Positions 52,570 to 63,815 of a stretch of 64,000 bases of DNA are shown piece by piece. A model generated the notes under the pieces. The model searched no databases and was not told the origin of the DNA. It saw nothing but the letters and a program-made list of their open reading frames with translations. Source of the stretch: Stegostoma tigrinum (Eukaryota); NCBI RefSeq assembly GCF_030684315.1, contig NC_081382.1:9611267-9675266 (forward strand), given 5' to 3'. The position numbers and the translations under genes were made by a program. Every line of letters starts with the position of its first letter. The stretch's first letter is position 1.

Positions 52570-53900
52570 CAAAGTCAAACTATCCTTTCAACATTCTTCA
52601 CCTTTCTTCAGCCTCGGATATGAGGGATCACCTCATCATCTTCAAACACTTCTCCAGTATCATCAAACAAGTGAAGACTGCTTTTGTCTGGTTTCACTCT
52701 TATTTATCTAGTCAGAGTAAAAGAATTGCAATTAATGGTTTCTCTTCTAATTACAGAGTCATGGTTACACATAGATGAAAGTTTGTAACCAAATATTGAG
52801 GAATATGTGATTTTTCTAAAGGGCAAGCAGGAGTAAAAAGGTGGCGGGTTAGTTTTGTTTGTACAAGAAGCATTAATTATTATAGCAAGAAATAATCTTG
52901 GATGGGAAATTGCAGAGTCATAGGAATATAGGATCATAACATCATGAGTAGATCATTCAATCCCTCAAGCCTGTTTTGCTACTCAATGAGATTATGGCCG
53001 AAATCCACATACCTGCCTTTGGCCCATATCGCTTAATACCTTTACTTAACAAAACTTTATCTACTTAACATTAAAAACTGAACCAGCATCCACTGCCAGT
53101 TTGGAAGACAGTTCCAAACATCTACCACTCCTTATGTGTAGAAGTGTTTCCTAAAATTTTTCTGAATGGTCTGCCCCTAATTCTCAGACTATGTCTCACA
53201 CCCAAACAGCGGAAATAGTTTACCTTTATCTACACTGCCTTTTTCCATTGGTAAAGGGAGAAATAAAAAAGAGAAGAAGACACCGTTGGGAGCAGACTAA
53301 AAACCCCTTATCAGTAGAATACAACTAAACAGGGGGGTTAAATTTGAACAAGGAAAATCATGAAATTTTGGGGCAGAAATCCGCTGACACCCTCATCTGT
53401 CCAGATATCATTATTGCGTTCTATTCCTAGCTAACATTCTACATTTTAGCCTCTAAATTTGATATCATCCAAAACTCTGCTGCTTGTCTCCTAACTCACA
53501 ACAAGTTTCACGCATAATTCATGACCAACTCTAACTGACTAATAATAAGTACCAGTTAAGAAGCATTGCAATTTTAAAGTTCTCACCCTCGTTCTCAAAT
53601 CCCGCTATGGTCTTGTCACATTTTTTGTCTGCAAACTCCTCCAGTTTAACTGCTCTCAGCTTGGGCATCTTTGAGTTTAATGATTTTATACTGGGTAGCT
53701 GTGCCTTCAACTATGACTGTCCAACTATTTGAGTGCCCTTTCTAAAACTCTGCGTCTGTCTATCTCACTTTTCCCCTTTAAAGATGGATTCAAACCTTAT
53801 CTTTTGGGCCAAGTTTTCTATAGCTTTCCCTAATATTGCTCTAATGGTTCAATGTTATATTTTCTCACGTTGTGCCCCAGCGAAATGCAATCTTAGCATA
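52570..53900 (+). mobile_element. L2 LINE fragments (about 52570-52750 and 53385-53900) with intervening CR1 pieces
   Basis: Translations resembling WFHSYLS.QS.RIAING and IIQNSAACLLT...FKVLTLVLKS. Confidence 0.55.
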
Positions 53901-55527
53901 ACAGCTTATTGTCATGAGTATTTTTGCAAAAACAGTGAGAAGTTTAATATGTCACCATACCAAAGCACCTAAAATAATGACAGAAGTCATAAATTAGAAA
54001 GGAAAAAAAGTTAGTGAAAATTCATCACAATCCAAATAATACCTCCTATGTTCAGGGCATGCTGGAAAACCAGGCCGAAGCCACCACGTAAGGCTGGGCC
54101 GTGACCTTCCAACCTGCCACACCTAGATAAGACCTCCATGTTGAGATGGAGCTGGAAATTTGGAAGATCCCGGAATTTTCCTCTGAAGCAAGGATGAGAC
54201 TTCCACGCCAAGGCGAGACTTCCGCGCTTGGACTAGATTTTCCCAGTGGTCTGCCGGAATGTCCGGATGCTGCCGAAGAAGAACTCCACAATGGGTGTGG
54301 GCCTGCACCCCAGGACCAGAATGTCACCCCGCAGGTGGGGACAACCCCTCCAGGACAAAGCTGCCACACCGGGAGATCACCCTACACGGTGCCAGGCCTT
54401 TAACATCATTCCAAGTTTTGGAAACTACCTTGTTATTGGGCCTCAGCCAGGAGAAGACAACTTCCACAGAAGCTATTAAAAGAGGGCAAGGTACCATAAT
54501 AAATAGAAGCATTTAAAAAAGCATAGAAAGAAAAAAAAACTGTAAAGCAAGCAAAGTTAATGAGGTCTGGACTATTGTGCTGTATTAAAGGCGAAATATG
54601 AAAAGAAAAGCTGTTATGATTATTGGCATTTTTTCTTGCTCTAAGCACACCAGACTTTATGAGAGAGGAATCGGTCCGATTGATTGGCGTGAAAGGCTGT
54701 TTCACTCTCTTATGATCCCGGAAATACTGACACGTCAGAATGAAATCTGGCTGACAGATTTTTTTTCATTTTAGTTAACCTGGTGGTCACTTACTGAAAC
54801 ATAGTCACTTGAGGCTGCAAAGTTTTTCTTAATTTAAAAAAAAGGTATATTGTACAAAAAATGATTACAAAAATAATTGAACCATTGTGATATGTAACAC
54901 AGTTTGAAAAGCCTTAAAATACCCACAAAATGAAAGCCTTAACCTGATATCCAACACCATCATTTTACAGTAATTCAAATCTAGAGAAATTATGCATGGA
55001 AATCAAATATTTAAGTTTGACTTAACTGACTTTCTGCAGTTTTGTTTTTCCCCTGTGAACTTTGGTGTCTTCTTACATAAGCGCTCATAAAACTGAGAGT
55101 TTAAACTTTCTCAGTTTCTAATCATCTATAGCTTTCTTACCAAGCACTCACAATCAGGATATTGCAGGAACTGAACATTTCTACTGTTATAATATTTTTC
55201 CTGAACTGTCCTCAAAAAAGATCTTTCTCTACTTGTTCCTGATCCTGAGTCTCCTCAAATATGCCTTTTTAAAAAGTTTTTAATCTCTCAGTTTCCAGAG
55301 TTAAAATCAGTTCTTGATGATCCCAAACCAAAAACATTTGACTACTCTGAACCAAAAACAAACTAGTGGTCTTCAATATTTACTCTACCTGTAATGAACG
55401 ACCAAAAGTATAAGTAATTTTCCATTAACACTCCAGTAGTTCCAGCTTCCTGAACAAAAATAATAGGTTAGGTCTCTGTTCTTGAGGCACTATCTCATCT
55501 CAAAAGAAAGTCGTCAAAAAATCCCCT

Positions 55528-55852
55528 TTATTCATTAATGGGATGAGGACATCGCTGGGTAGGCAGCATTTATTGCCTATCCCTAATTAGAGGGCAATTA
55601 AGAGTCAAACACATTGCTGAAGGACTGGGGTCACTTGTAGGTCAGTATCTTTCCCAAAAGGACAGGAGTGAACCAATTGGGCTTTTTCCTGATAATTGAC
55701 TCATGGCAATCGTTAGATTCTTAATTCCAGATATTTATTGAACTCAAATTGCACCATCTACCATGGCAGGATTTGAACCCAGGTCCCCAGAACATTAGCT
55801 GGGTCTCTGATTTAACAGTCCAGTGATAATACCACCAGGCCATCACATCCCC
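55528..55852 (-). mobile_element. tRNA-derived SINE with LINE-derived tail (near full length)
   Basis: Head TGGCCTGGTGGTATTATC...GGGTTCAAATCC on the minus strand. Tail GGCAATAAATGCTGCC...CCCATTAATGAATAAA. Confidence 0.85.
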
Positions 55853-55974
55853 CTCATCAACAAGTAATCAACAAGCATTATGCCACTATTTTAAAATCCA
55901 AACTCACAACTTGATATTTATGTATTCTAAATCAAACACCTTCCATCATAGCTCACAAGCAGTGAATTTAGTGC

Positions 55975-56209
55975 TTTACGTTTTGAGCAAAATGTCTGTC
56001 AGGCTGTGGGTGAGGTTGTTGATTTGCTCACCAAGCTGGCTTGTTCTCATTCAAGCGTTCATCATCAAGATAGGTAACATCATCAGTGAGGCCTCCGATG
56101 AAGTAATGTTGTTCTACTCCACCTGGAGGCTTCGCTGGTGGTGTTACCTAGCACAGTGATGAAATGTTTGAACAAAAACAAGCCAGCATGGCAAGCAAGT
56201 CAACAACCT
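55975..56209. mobile_element. Palindromic PLE-terminus mini-insertion (relative of the 1340 family, older)
   Basis: GAGGTTGTTGATTTGCT..GCTGGCTTGTT...TAGGTAACATCATCAGTGAGGCCTCC is mirrored by GGAGGCTTCGCTGGTGGTGTTACCTA...AACAAGCCAGC..GCAAGTCAACAACCTC. TSD CAGTGAATTTAGTGC at 55960-55974 and 56210-56224. Confidence 0.88.
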
Positions 56210-57759
56210 CAGTGAATTTAGTGCACTTGCAATGCATAGGGAAGATGTAGAAAACATTGATTAGGTCTGTAGACAGACTAGCTCCTTAGATTTCAACTTG
56301 TACTACCAGTTTGACTTAAATGTCAGACAACTCCCTTTCTCAGTTTGAATGATGCTTGGGATGTATTCAATTTAAAAATGCCAGCTCTTGTTTTCAATCC
56401 TTCATTTTCATGGGCCTTTAAATTTTTACTTGCTCAAATCAGGCTCAGGCTAAGAGCAATGATTATTCAAAAAATATTGGAGAGTGGGGTGTTCTAAGTG
56501 ACGATTTGGGCTCTGGGTTTTTCATCATCAAAATTCTTCCAGGCGTTTGTCGATGCTATTTGACACTCCAATCCCTTCTTTCCCCTCATCACACCAATAG
56601 CCATCCATCCAACCCTTAGCTGCTGTAAAACTATCATTACACTAATTGGCAGAATTCAAACCCCAGGTTTCTGACTACAACCTTAACAACTTCATATATT
56701 ACTCCGACCTGCCAGATAGATAATCTCCCTGAGCGACTTCTTCTCTTCCACTGTCAACAGTCACTCTTTTGACCCTTCCTTTTCCTCTCCCTCTCGTTAT
56801 TCTCTCTACCAGGACAGAAAATTCACTTTTTGAACTGGAAATTTGTCGGTTTATTTTTCCTGAAAATGAGGTCTGTTGGAGAAGTTATTCCCTTGTATCA
56901 TTTAACTTCAGTGAATCAGCTTACCTGATAGCCATTGCACTGGGAAAAAAGTAAGGAAACAGACATTATTTCTTTTCTGTGATATTCAAGGATAGACTTG
57001 CTCAGTGATGAGTATGTTCCAATTCCTAGACCCTTGAATTATTTATAAATTTAAAAATTTCATAAATATATATTCAGTAACAACTGGGCATCCATTATCA
57101 AAGCTAGAGAGTAAACTGTAATGGGAATGAATGGAGTGGGGCCCTTTCCTTCATCCATGGTATTATCAAATTGTAATGATTTAAAATGGGAATAATTAAT
57201 AATTTCCACGTGCTCTGTTTATTCAATTCCTTCCCTTAGACTGTAGCTAGCAGGGTTAAAAATCCCACTGATCTCATTCTTGTTGCTCTCCACGTTCAAT
57301 CTGTCAATTTCCACCTAAGCTTGTTTTTAATGCTCACTAATTCTCACATGACCTTTTTCTGCTTCACGGTCTCCATAGCTTTACGACTCTCTGGGGTGAC
57401 GTTGCTCTTATCGCGCAGGCTAGGCTTTAATTGGGAGTTAAATCTTCTTCCCGTTTTCTTTAGTGGCCCATTTCCCTTTACAACTAGGTAGGCCAGCTGG
57501 TGCAAACAAAGGCATCTCCCCAGGGTATTGCATCTCCGAATCAACTCGCTGTACAAGCTGTGATAAAATACGCACACTCCCACCTTGTATATGCTGGTTA
57601 ACAAGCCTGTCCCGATCAACCCAATAACAGTTAACTAGCACACAGGGGGAAGCAAGGGAGCAGTGTCTTAAAGATGCTGTGGGCTGCAAAGCATCAGGAA
57701 TTGGGCAGGCAGTTGAAAGTAGGAGGAATACTAGGTAAACAGCCAGCAATGTCTGACAC

Positions 57760-59075
57760 GGAGGTGCTAGTGTTGGGCTGAGGTGGTCAAAGTCCGAAGT
57801 CAAAAGGCACCAGATTATAATCCAGCAGGTTCATTTGAAACACAAGCTTTCGAAGCATAGCCCCTTCGTTTAGGTGCAGTGAGAGAGAAGAGCACACAGG
57901 CCCAGAATTTATAGACAGGGAGATCAAGGGCAGATAGATCAAAAGATCGCACAATTGGTGTGAGTGGAATGTCAGGTTGTAAGTCTCGGCAGGTGACCAG
58001 GAATTTTCAATAGTTAGGAAAGTGTCAGCAGCTGAGTAATCAGTAAAGAGATACCCTATAATCCAATTAAATGAGGCAAAGGGATAATTACAACAATAAA
58101 TTAAAATAAGGTGTTACTGGAGGCAAACTAAATGACTGGAATAACATGATAAGTATAAAAGCCACATGCCGAGGGTCTAACCAAGGTAATGAGTAATTCA
58201 AAACTGTACAAACTAATTAAGGTAGAGAAATCATTAACATTTTTATCAAGGTGATTGTGTCAAAACAGAAGATTTTACAGATACAGAACAGAATGGTGGC
58301 ATCACATGTAGCTCAACATGAATCCAAAATCATGTTTGAAGCCATCTGTATGGGTGCAGAACTTGGCTATCAGCTTCTGCTCAGTGATTCTGCATGGTTG
58401 TGTATCTCAAAGTCAACCTTCGAGGATGCTTCCATGAAGATCAGAGGCTTAATGTCTTTGACAGCTGAAGTGTTCCCCAACTGGGAGGGAACATTCCCAT
58501 CTGGTGATAGCTGCCAATTTCCAGACACCATCCTACAACTCATCTGCTTCATCCTCAACCACAGCATCTTCACCTTTGAAAACCAGTTCTTCATCCAGAC
58601 ATGCAGAACGGCCATGGGGTCCAAACATGCTCCACAATATGCCAATGTTTACATGCACAAGTTCCAGTAAGACTTCTTTGTTGCACAGGACCTCCGGCCA
58701 ATGTTATACACCAGATACATTGAAGACATTTTCTTCCTTTGGACCCATGGTGAGGAGACAACTACATAGCAATATCAATAAGTTGCATCCCACTGTCAGA
58801 CTTATCATAGACTACTCTTTAGGAACAGTCTCATTCTTGGACACATGCATCTCCATGAAGGATGGACACTTCAGTTCCTCACTCTACTCCAAACCCATGG
58901 ATAACTTCATGATGCTGCATTTCTCTAGTTTCCAAGCTAAACTTATGCAAGAAGCCACCCCTTATGGACAAGACCTGTGCATACATAGGATCTGCTCAGA
59001 AGAGGAGGAACGCAACAGACACTCGGAGCAAGTCAACAACCTCAACCACAACACAAACTACAAATCTTTGCTAAA
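57760..59075. mobile_element. PLE with internal inversion: GIY-YIG C-terminus and terminus on minus (57760-58510), RT on plus (58510-59020)
   Basis: Minus: SLPVGEHFS...TEQKLIAKFCTHTDGFKHD. Plus: FILNHSIFTFENQFFIQ..TAMGSKHAPQYAN, RYIED, VSFLDT. Hammerhead-like CAC-CTAAACGA-A-GGGGC-TAT-GCTTC-GAA-AGCT-T-GTG at 57841-57876 (minus). Confidence 0.85.
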
Positions 59076-59299
59076 ATTTTAAACCTTAGACATTTTTCCA
59101 ATATCTAAAATATTGGACAAAACCTTGGACTTTTCAAAATTTTTATGAGGTAATTGAAAGCTGGGATGAGTCTATAGGAAATACACAGCCATGAGGCCTG
59201 GAAATGCAGATTGCTATCTGGGACTATTGTTCAGCCAGAAATCCCAGTTTACATCGCCCCTCCACAAGATCAAATCAAACCAACAGGCTCCAGCCCAAG

Positions 59300-59965
59300 T
59301 CAATACAGCATGGAGCTGGAAGATCACAGCATGGCAGGCAACATCAGAGGAGCAGGAAAGTCGATATTTCAGGTTTACACCCTTCATCAGGACGGGGAGG
59401 GAGAAGCCAGCTCAGAAATAAATGGAGGAAGGTGCCTGAGGCTGGGGGATTGTTGGTGGGATGGTGATAGGTGGATGCAGGTAGGGGTTTGAGGAAATTG
59501 GTCATGGGAAGTGTGAGGCAGATAAGGGAGAAAGAAAATGGACAGGTTGTGTCAGGTCAAAGAGGCAAGAATGAGAAGGAGGGTTGGACTGGGGATGGGG
59601 TGAATTTGAAACTGATGAATTCTATGTTCAGGCTGTAGGCTCCTGAGGCAGAGTATGAGGTGTTGTTCCTCCAGTTTATGAACAGGTTGGAGGACGTGTG
59701 GGAGTTGGAAAGATTGTTTGGAACCTTGGACAGAGGTGAGAGGGAAGGTATGGGGGCAGGTGTAGCACGTCCTGCAGTTGTAGAGAAAGGTCCCCAGTGT
59801 AGTGAGGTTGGTGGGCAGTACAAAGCGGATGAGGGAGTCGCGGAGACAGCGATCCCTATGGAAAGCAGTTACGGGTGGGAAGAAAAATATATCTTTGGCC
59901 GTGGGGTTGGATTGTAGGTCGTGGAAGTGGTGGGGGCGGGATGATGTGTTGGATTCAGAGGTCAA
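59300..59965 (-). mobile_element. Degraded PLE 3' portion (41283-like family)
   Basis: ORF 59552..59965 contains AFHRDRCLRDSL, CRTCYTCP and KLEEQHLILCLRSLQP. Confidence 0.85.
59360..59393 (-). ncRNA. Minimal hammerhead ribozyme motif
   Basis: GUC-CUGAUGA-A-GGGU-GUAA-ACCU-GAA-AUAU-C-GAC: 3-bp stem I, 4-bp stem II, palindromic AUAU. Confidence 0.7.
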
Positions 59966-60064
59966 TGGAGTGGAATTAGCTTCAGACCAAAGACTAGAAA
60001 CACAATATGAAACACGGGCTTAGAGCAAATATGAGGGCCCTAAAATCAGTGTCAAACCAAAACC

Positions 60065-60400
60065 CTACAAAGCCTTTCTTATTCATGTATCTGTCCAATT
60101 GTCTTTTAAATGTTATAACTATATCTACATCCACCACTTCCTCTATATGTACCACTCTCTGTGTGAAAAAATTTGTTCCTCAGGTCTCTTTTAGTTATTA
60201 CCATCTCACCTTAAACCTATGTCGTCCAGTTTTATACTCCCCTACCCCTGGGGAAAAAGGCCTTTGCAATTCACCTGATTTCTGCACTTCATGATTTATA
60301 AACATCTATAGGGTCATCCTCAAACTCCTGTGCTCCAGGGAAAAAAAGGTCCCAGCCTGTGCTGCCTCTCCTTATGACTCAAACCCTTCAGTCTCAATAC
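60065..60400 (-). mobile_element. CR1 3' fragment
   Basis: TTCTTATTCATGTATCTGTCCAATTG...ACCACTCTCTGTGTGAAAAA...CCTGGGGAAAAAG, homologous to the other CR1 3' ends. Confidence 0.75.
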
Positions 60401-60490
60401 CTGTGGAGGCAGAAACACAGTAAATATTTCAGGCCAATGACTTTTTGTCTGATTTGCTGATGATTTATGATTTTATTACTGCATGTATTT

Positions 60491-60814
60491 TAGATTAGAT
60501 TAGATCAGATTAGATTCCCTACAGTGTGGAAACAGGCCCTTCAGCCCAACCAGTCCACACCGCCCCTTGAAGCATCCCACCCCGACCCATCCCCCTATAA
60601 CCCACACACCCCTGAACACTACGGGCAATTTAGCATGGCCAATCCATCGAGCCTGCACATCTTTGGACTGTGGGAGGAAACCGGAGCACCCGGAGGAAAC
60701 CCAAGCAGACACGGGGAGAATGTGCAATCTCCACACAGACAGTCACCCAAGGGTGGAATTGAACCTGGGTCCCTGGCGCTGTGAGGCTGCAGTGCTAACC
60801 ACTGAGCCACCGTG
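60491..60814 (-). mobile_element. HE1-type V-SINE (young)
   Basis: A/B boxes GGTGGCTCAGTGGTTAGC and GGTTCAATTCC, intact V-core, (TTAGA)n tail at 60490-60515. Confidence 0.95.
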
Positions 60815-61751
60815 TTTTACAGAGAGAAAAACATGCAGTGTAGAGTGTTTCCACTATCACCACGATTGGGCGTCATTTTGAATAATTTTAAGAATCAAAA
60901 CAAAAGATATTGATTAAAGAAATCCATCAGTTCTGAGCCAGCTCATCACCAACAATGCCTGTAGTGCCAACCCTCCTCCACTACGTTGTTGCTATCTACA
61001 CCAGACCTGACCAACATTGAAGTGTGCCACTCTTCTGGCAGCATCTTTCACAATTGGGGTCAGATCCTCCACCAACACCTCGCAGCTGCCAGCGCCAAAG
61101 TGACAGCCGCGTCCCTCACCACTGGGCCCAGTTTGATGATGTCACTGTGACTTCCTTCCACCGCCACCAGTGCCGGACCCAACCAAATGTGGGTAGGGGT
61201 GATGAGGAACAAAGGAAAGGTTTGCGATGAAGGAGGGAGAGATGAATTGAAATAAAATGATGATTGTGCGAGGAATTAAAGTGATGATAACAGCTCAGGC
61301 AACAAATGAAATACATGCCCCAGAGACAGTGCACATATTAAAAGCGGAATGAGCACCAGCCTTTGTTGTTCACCAAAAAAAAGCATGCATCTACTTTATA
61401 ATTTGGATTTGTTGGCTTCAATGTGAAGTCCACAATATTGTAAAGACCTTCACCAAAAAGGATGTTTTTTTTTTCTTGTTCACTTGTGACTCTGATCCAG
61501 CTGAGCAGTTTCCTGACCCCTAACCTTTGTCACCACAGATGTGCAATGTCGTTACACCTCCAGTCACAATAACAATGGTATGATTTCCTCTTGAAAGCCC
61601 ATTGCCCAACGCAACGCTCCCACTTGCCTAAACCTGTTCCACAGTGACAGCATCTCCTCAACCTTGACTCTATTACCCTAAGTAAAAATACTTCGCTATG
61701 GAAACCCATATTTATCTTGTAGCAAAATGGCGCAGGAAACAGAGTTGGGGG

Positions 61752-62052
61752 GATGCAGCACAATGGTTAGCAGTGCTACCTCATAGCGCCAAACGCCCAG
61801 ATTCAAATTGTGTCTAAGTGAGTTTCATCTAGGTGCTCTGTGCTCTAGTTTCCTCCCACAGTGCAAAGATGTACAGGCTGGGTGATTTGGTGTTGCTAAA
61901 TTTCCCCAAAGTGTCCAGGGATGTGCAATCGACATTAATTAGCCATGGAAAATGCAAAGGTTATGAGGGTGGTTTGGCTGGGCTGGCTTTCAGAAGGCTG
62001 GTGCAGACTCAAGGGACCAAATAGCTGGTATCTGTACTATACGGGTTCTATG
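61752..62052 (+). mobile_element. HE1-type V-SINE (diverged)
   Basis: CAATGGTTAGCAGTGCTACCTCATAGCGCC head and GTTTCCTCCCACAGTGCAAAGATGTACAGG core. Confidence 0.8.
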
Positions 62053-62090
62053 ATATACCAGACTATGTGAGAAAATGTGAAACATTTCCA

Positions 62091-62192
62091 GTGATAATGG
62101 GAACTGCAGGTGCTGGAGAATCCCAGATAACAAAGTGTGGAGCTGGATGAACACAGCAGGCCAAGCAGCATCTCAGGAGCACAAAAGCACTG
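62091..62192 (-). mobile_element. About 100-bp PLE terminus insertion with TSD
   Basis: Direct repeat GAAACATTTCCA at 62079-62090 and 62193-62204. The insert is the terminus segment downstream of the hammerhead. Confidence 0.9.
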
Positions 62193-63199
62193 GAAACATT
62201 TCCAATCTGATTCAGGTCCTCGCAATCATCTTGTTTGACATTTTTTCGATGGCTTTATCAGTCCTATTTCCCTTTGTCATTCCGGATTAGAAACTTTTGT
62301 CAACTTTGCCTCAAACATCCAACATATTCTCTTCTTCACATGGCCCATTTCCAACTTTACTGTCTCTATTTCTGGACATCGAGTGGAAAGCTACCAATTC
62401 TGAGTCACATGGGCTACAGTGAGATGAATGTTAGATTCAGGCAAATGGCCATCTGGAGATTAAACTCATCTTGTCACAATTTCCCTACTCAGCTCAAGAT
62501 TCTCATCAAAAAGTAGTGACTTCCCATTTAATATCTTGCATTGTTTATTATGTGGCTTGATGACAGCCAAATTCATCACAGATGGTGATGTTAGCAAACT
62601 CACCATACAACCTCGTCACTGGGATAACTCAACATGGAATCCAAAGTGGTTTATTGGCAGTTTCAATTTGCCCCTTGCTCTTAAAGGTGTTTGTGTTGCA
62701 TGCCCAGGCAGCAATGTCTCAGGCATGCTCCATGGGCACTGGCCACATGACACTCAAGTCTGTGGGCATTGGCACCTGGCATGTGTCAGCCTCAATGAGC
62801 TGTTATGGCACATGCCCAATCTGTACACAGGCTGCTCCTGCAATTCAGTGCTATATTTTAAGCTTCACTGGAAACTACCGTTGTAACACTGCAGAAATGA
62901 ATTTGTGGACTCAAGTACATGGGCTGGACCAGACTGCATCTCAATATATTTGTTCATTATCAGAGTGCTGACTGAGCCCGAGCCTGCCTGGATGCTCACA
63001 GTAACCCTGCCTTGTCTTGTTTTTTGGCACTTTACCTCCTCAGCCAGAGATAACTGGGTCATATTAGTCCTGTTGCACTGTGTAGTTTAGTGTAGTCACA
63101 AAGCCAGGAGGTTTGCCATGGCCTTCAGCAAACCTCAGTCCATTCAAGAGGTTAGTCTTTACTCAGGTGGTCCCAGCAAAGTAAGGAAAGGGCAGCCTC

Positions 63200-63815
63200 A
63201 TCAACTTCTTGATCGTCTGCCCAGAAGAGCTGAGGAACCAAATGATAGTGCACACCATTCATCTTGACTTTCCCTGCCATATTTTAGGCTGGATTGTTCT
63301 TGGAATGAGAGAGAGAGACAGGAATTACCGCAGACAAAAGCGAGTGGCACAGCTGATATTGTCAGTGCAGGTGAAGATGTGTTGTGAGTGAGTGAATAGG
63401 CAGTGCAAAGGGCATGCTGGGGGTGAGGTGAGTTGAAGGTTGGGTGAGTAAGAATGAGTGGGGAAAGTGATGCATCATCACTGGGAATGGTAAAATAGGA
63501 ACCTTGGTAGGAGGTGGGCACAATACCAGAGATAAAGTGAATGTGAGGCATTGGAGAAAAATTGTGCCACTTATACAGTTGGGAAGGAGAAGTTTGTTGA
63601 CCTTCTCTTTACAGTGCATGAGCATTTGTTCACATGGCCGAGGCTGCATAAACCCAAGTAATGACACCAGACCAGGCTGGCATGGGCTGGTGTCTTGCTC
63701 TCGATTGTTAGTCCTGGGGCAGGAGGGAGTCCCACCTCTACACCACCCCATCCAGTAGGAGGTCCAGGACAAAGGCCTGCAAAGCGAGGGGCTGAGTTCT
63801 CCCTGTCTGCCATGC
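63200..63815 (-). pseudogene. Harbinger-associated Myb/SANT-like DNA-binding protein gene remnant (probably intron-containing)
   Basis: Across frames: MADRENSAPRF, LDLLLDGVV, RHQPMPAWSGVITWVYAASA and HCKEKVNKLL (cf. APRF...W..VA..V....QCRKKVNDL). Pyrimidine-rich segment and acceptor-like site near 63300. Confidence 0.6.

Noticed and set aside
60740-60814. tRNA-like A/B-box sequences
   Set aside because: They are SINE heads continuous with the V-core, not tRNA genes.
60500-60881. Recurrent short ORFs (WPIHRACTSLDCGRK..., MAQWLA...), also at 14414-14861 and 48262-48625
   Set aside because: They are translations of V-SINE sequence, not a gene family.
2781-62192. Repeated GTGTGGAGCTGGATGAACACAGCAGGCC motif as a CRISPR-like repeat
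   Set aside because: The copies are dispersed, in both orientations and irregularly spaced, and they are PLE termini in a vertebrate context with no cas genes.
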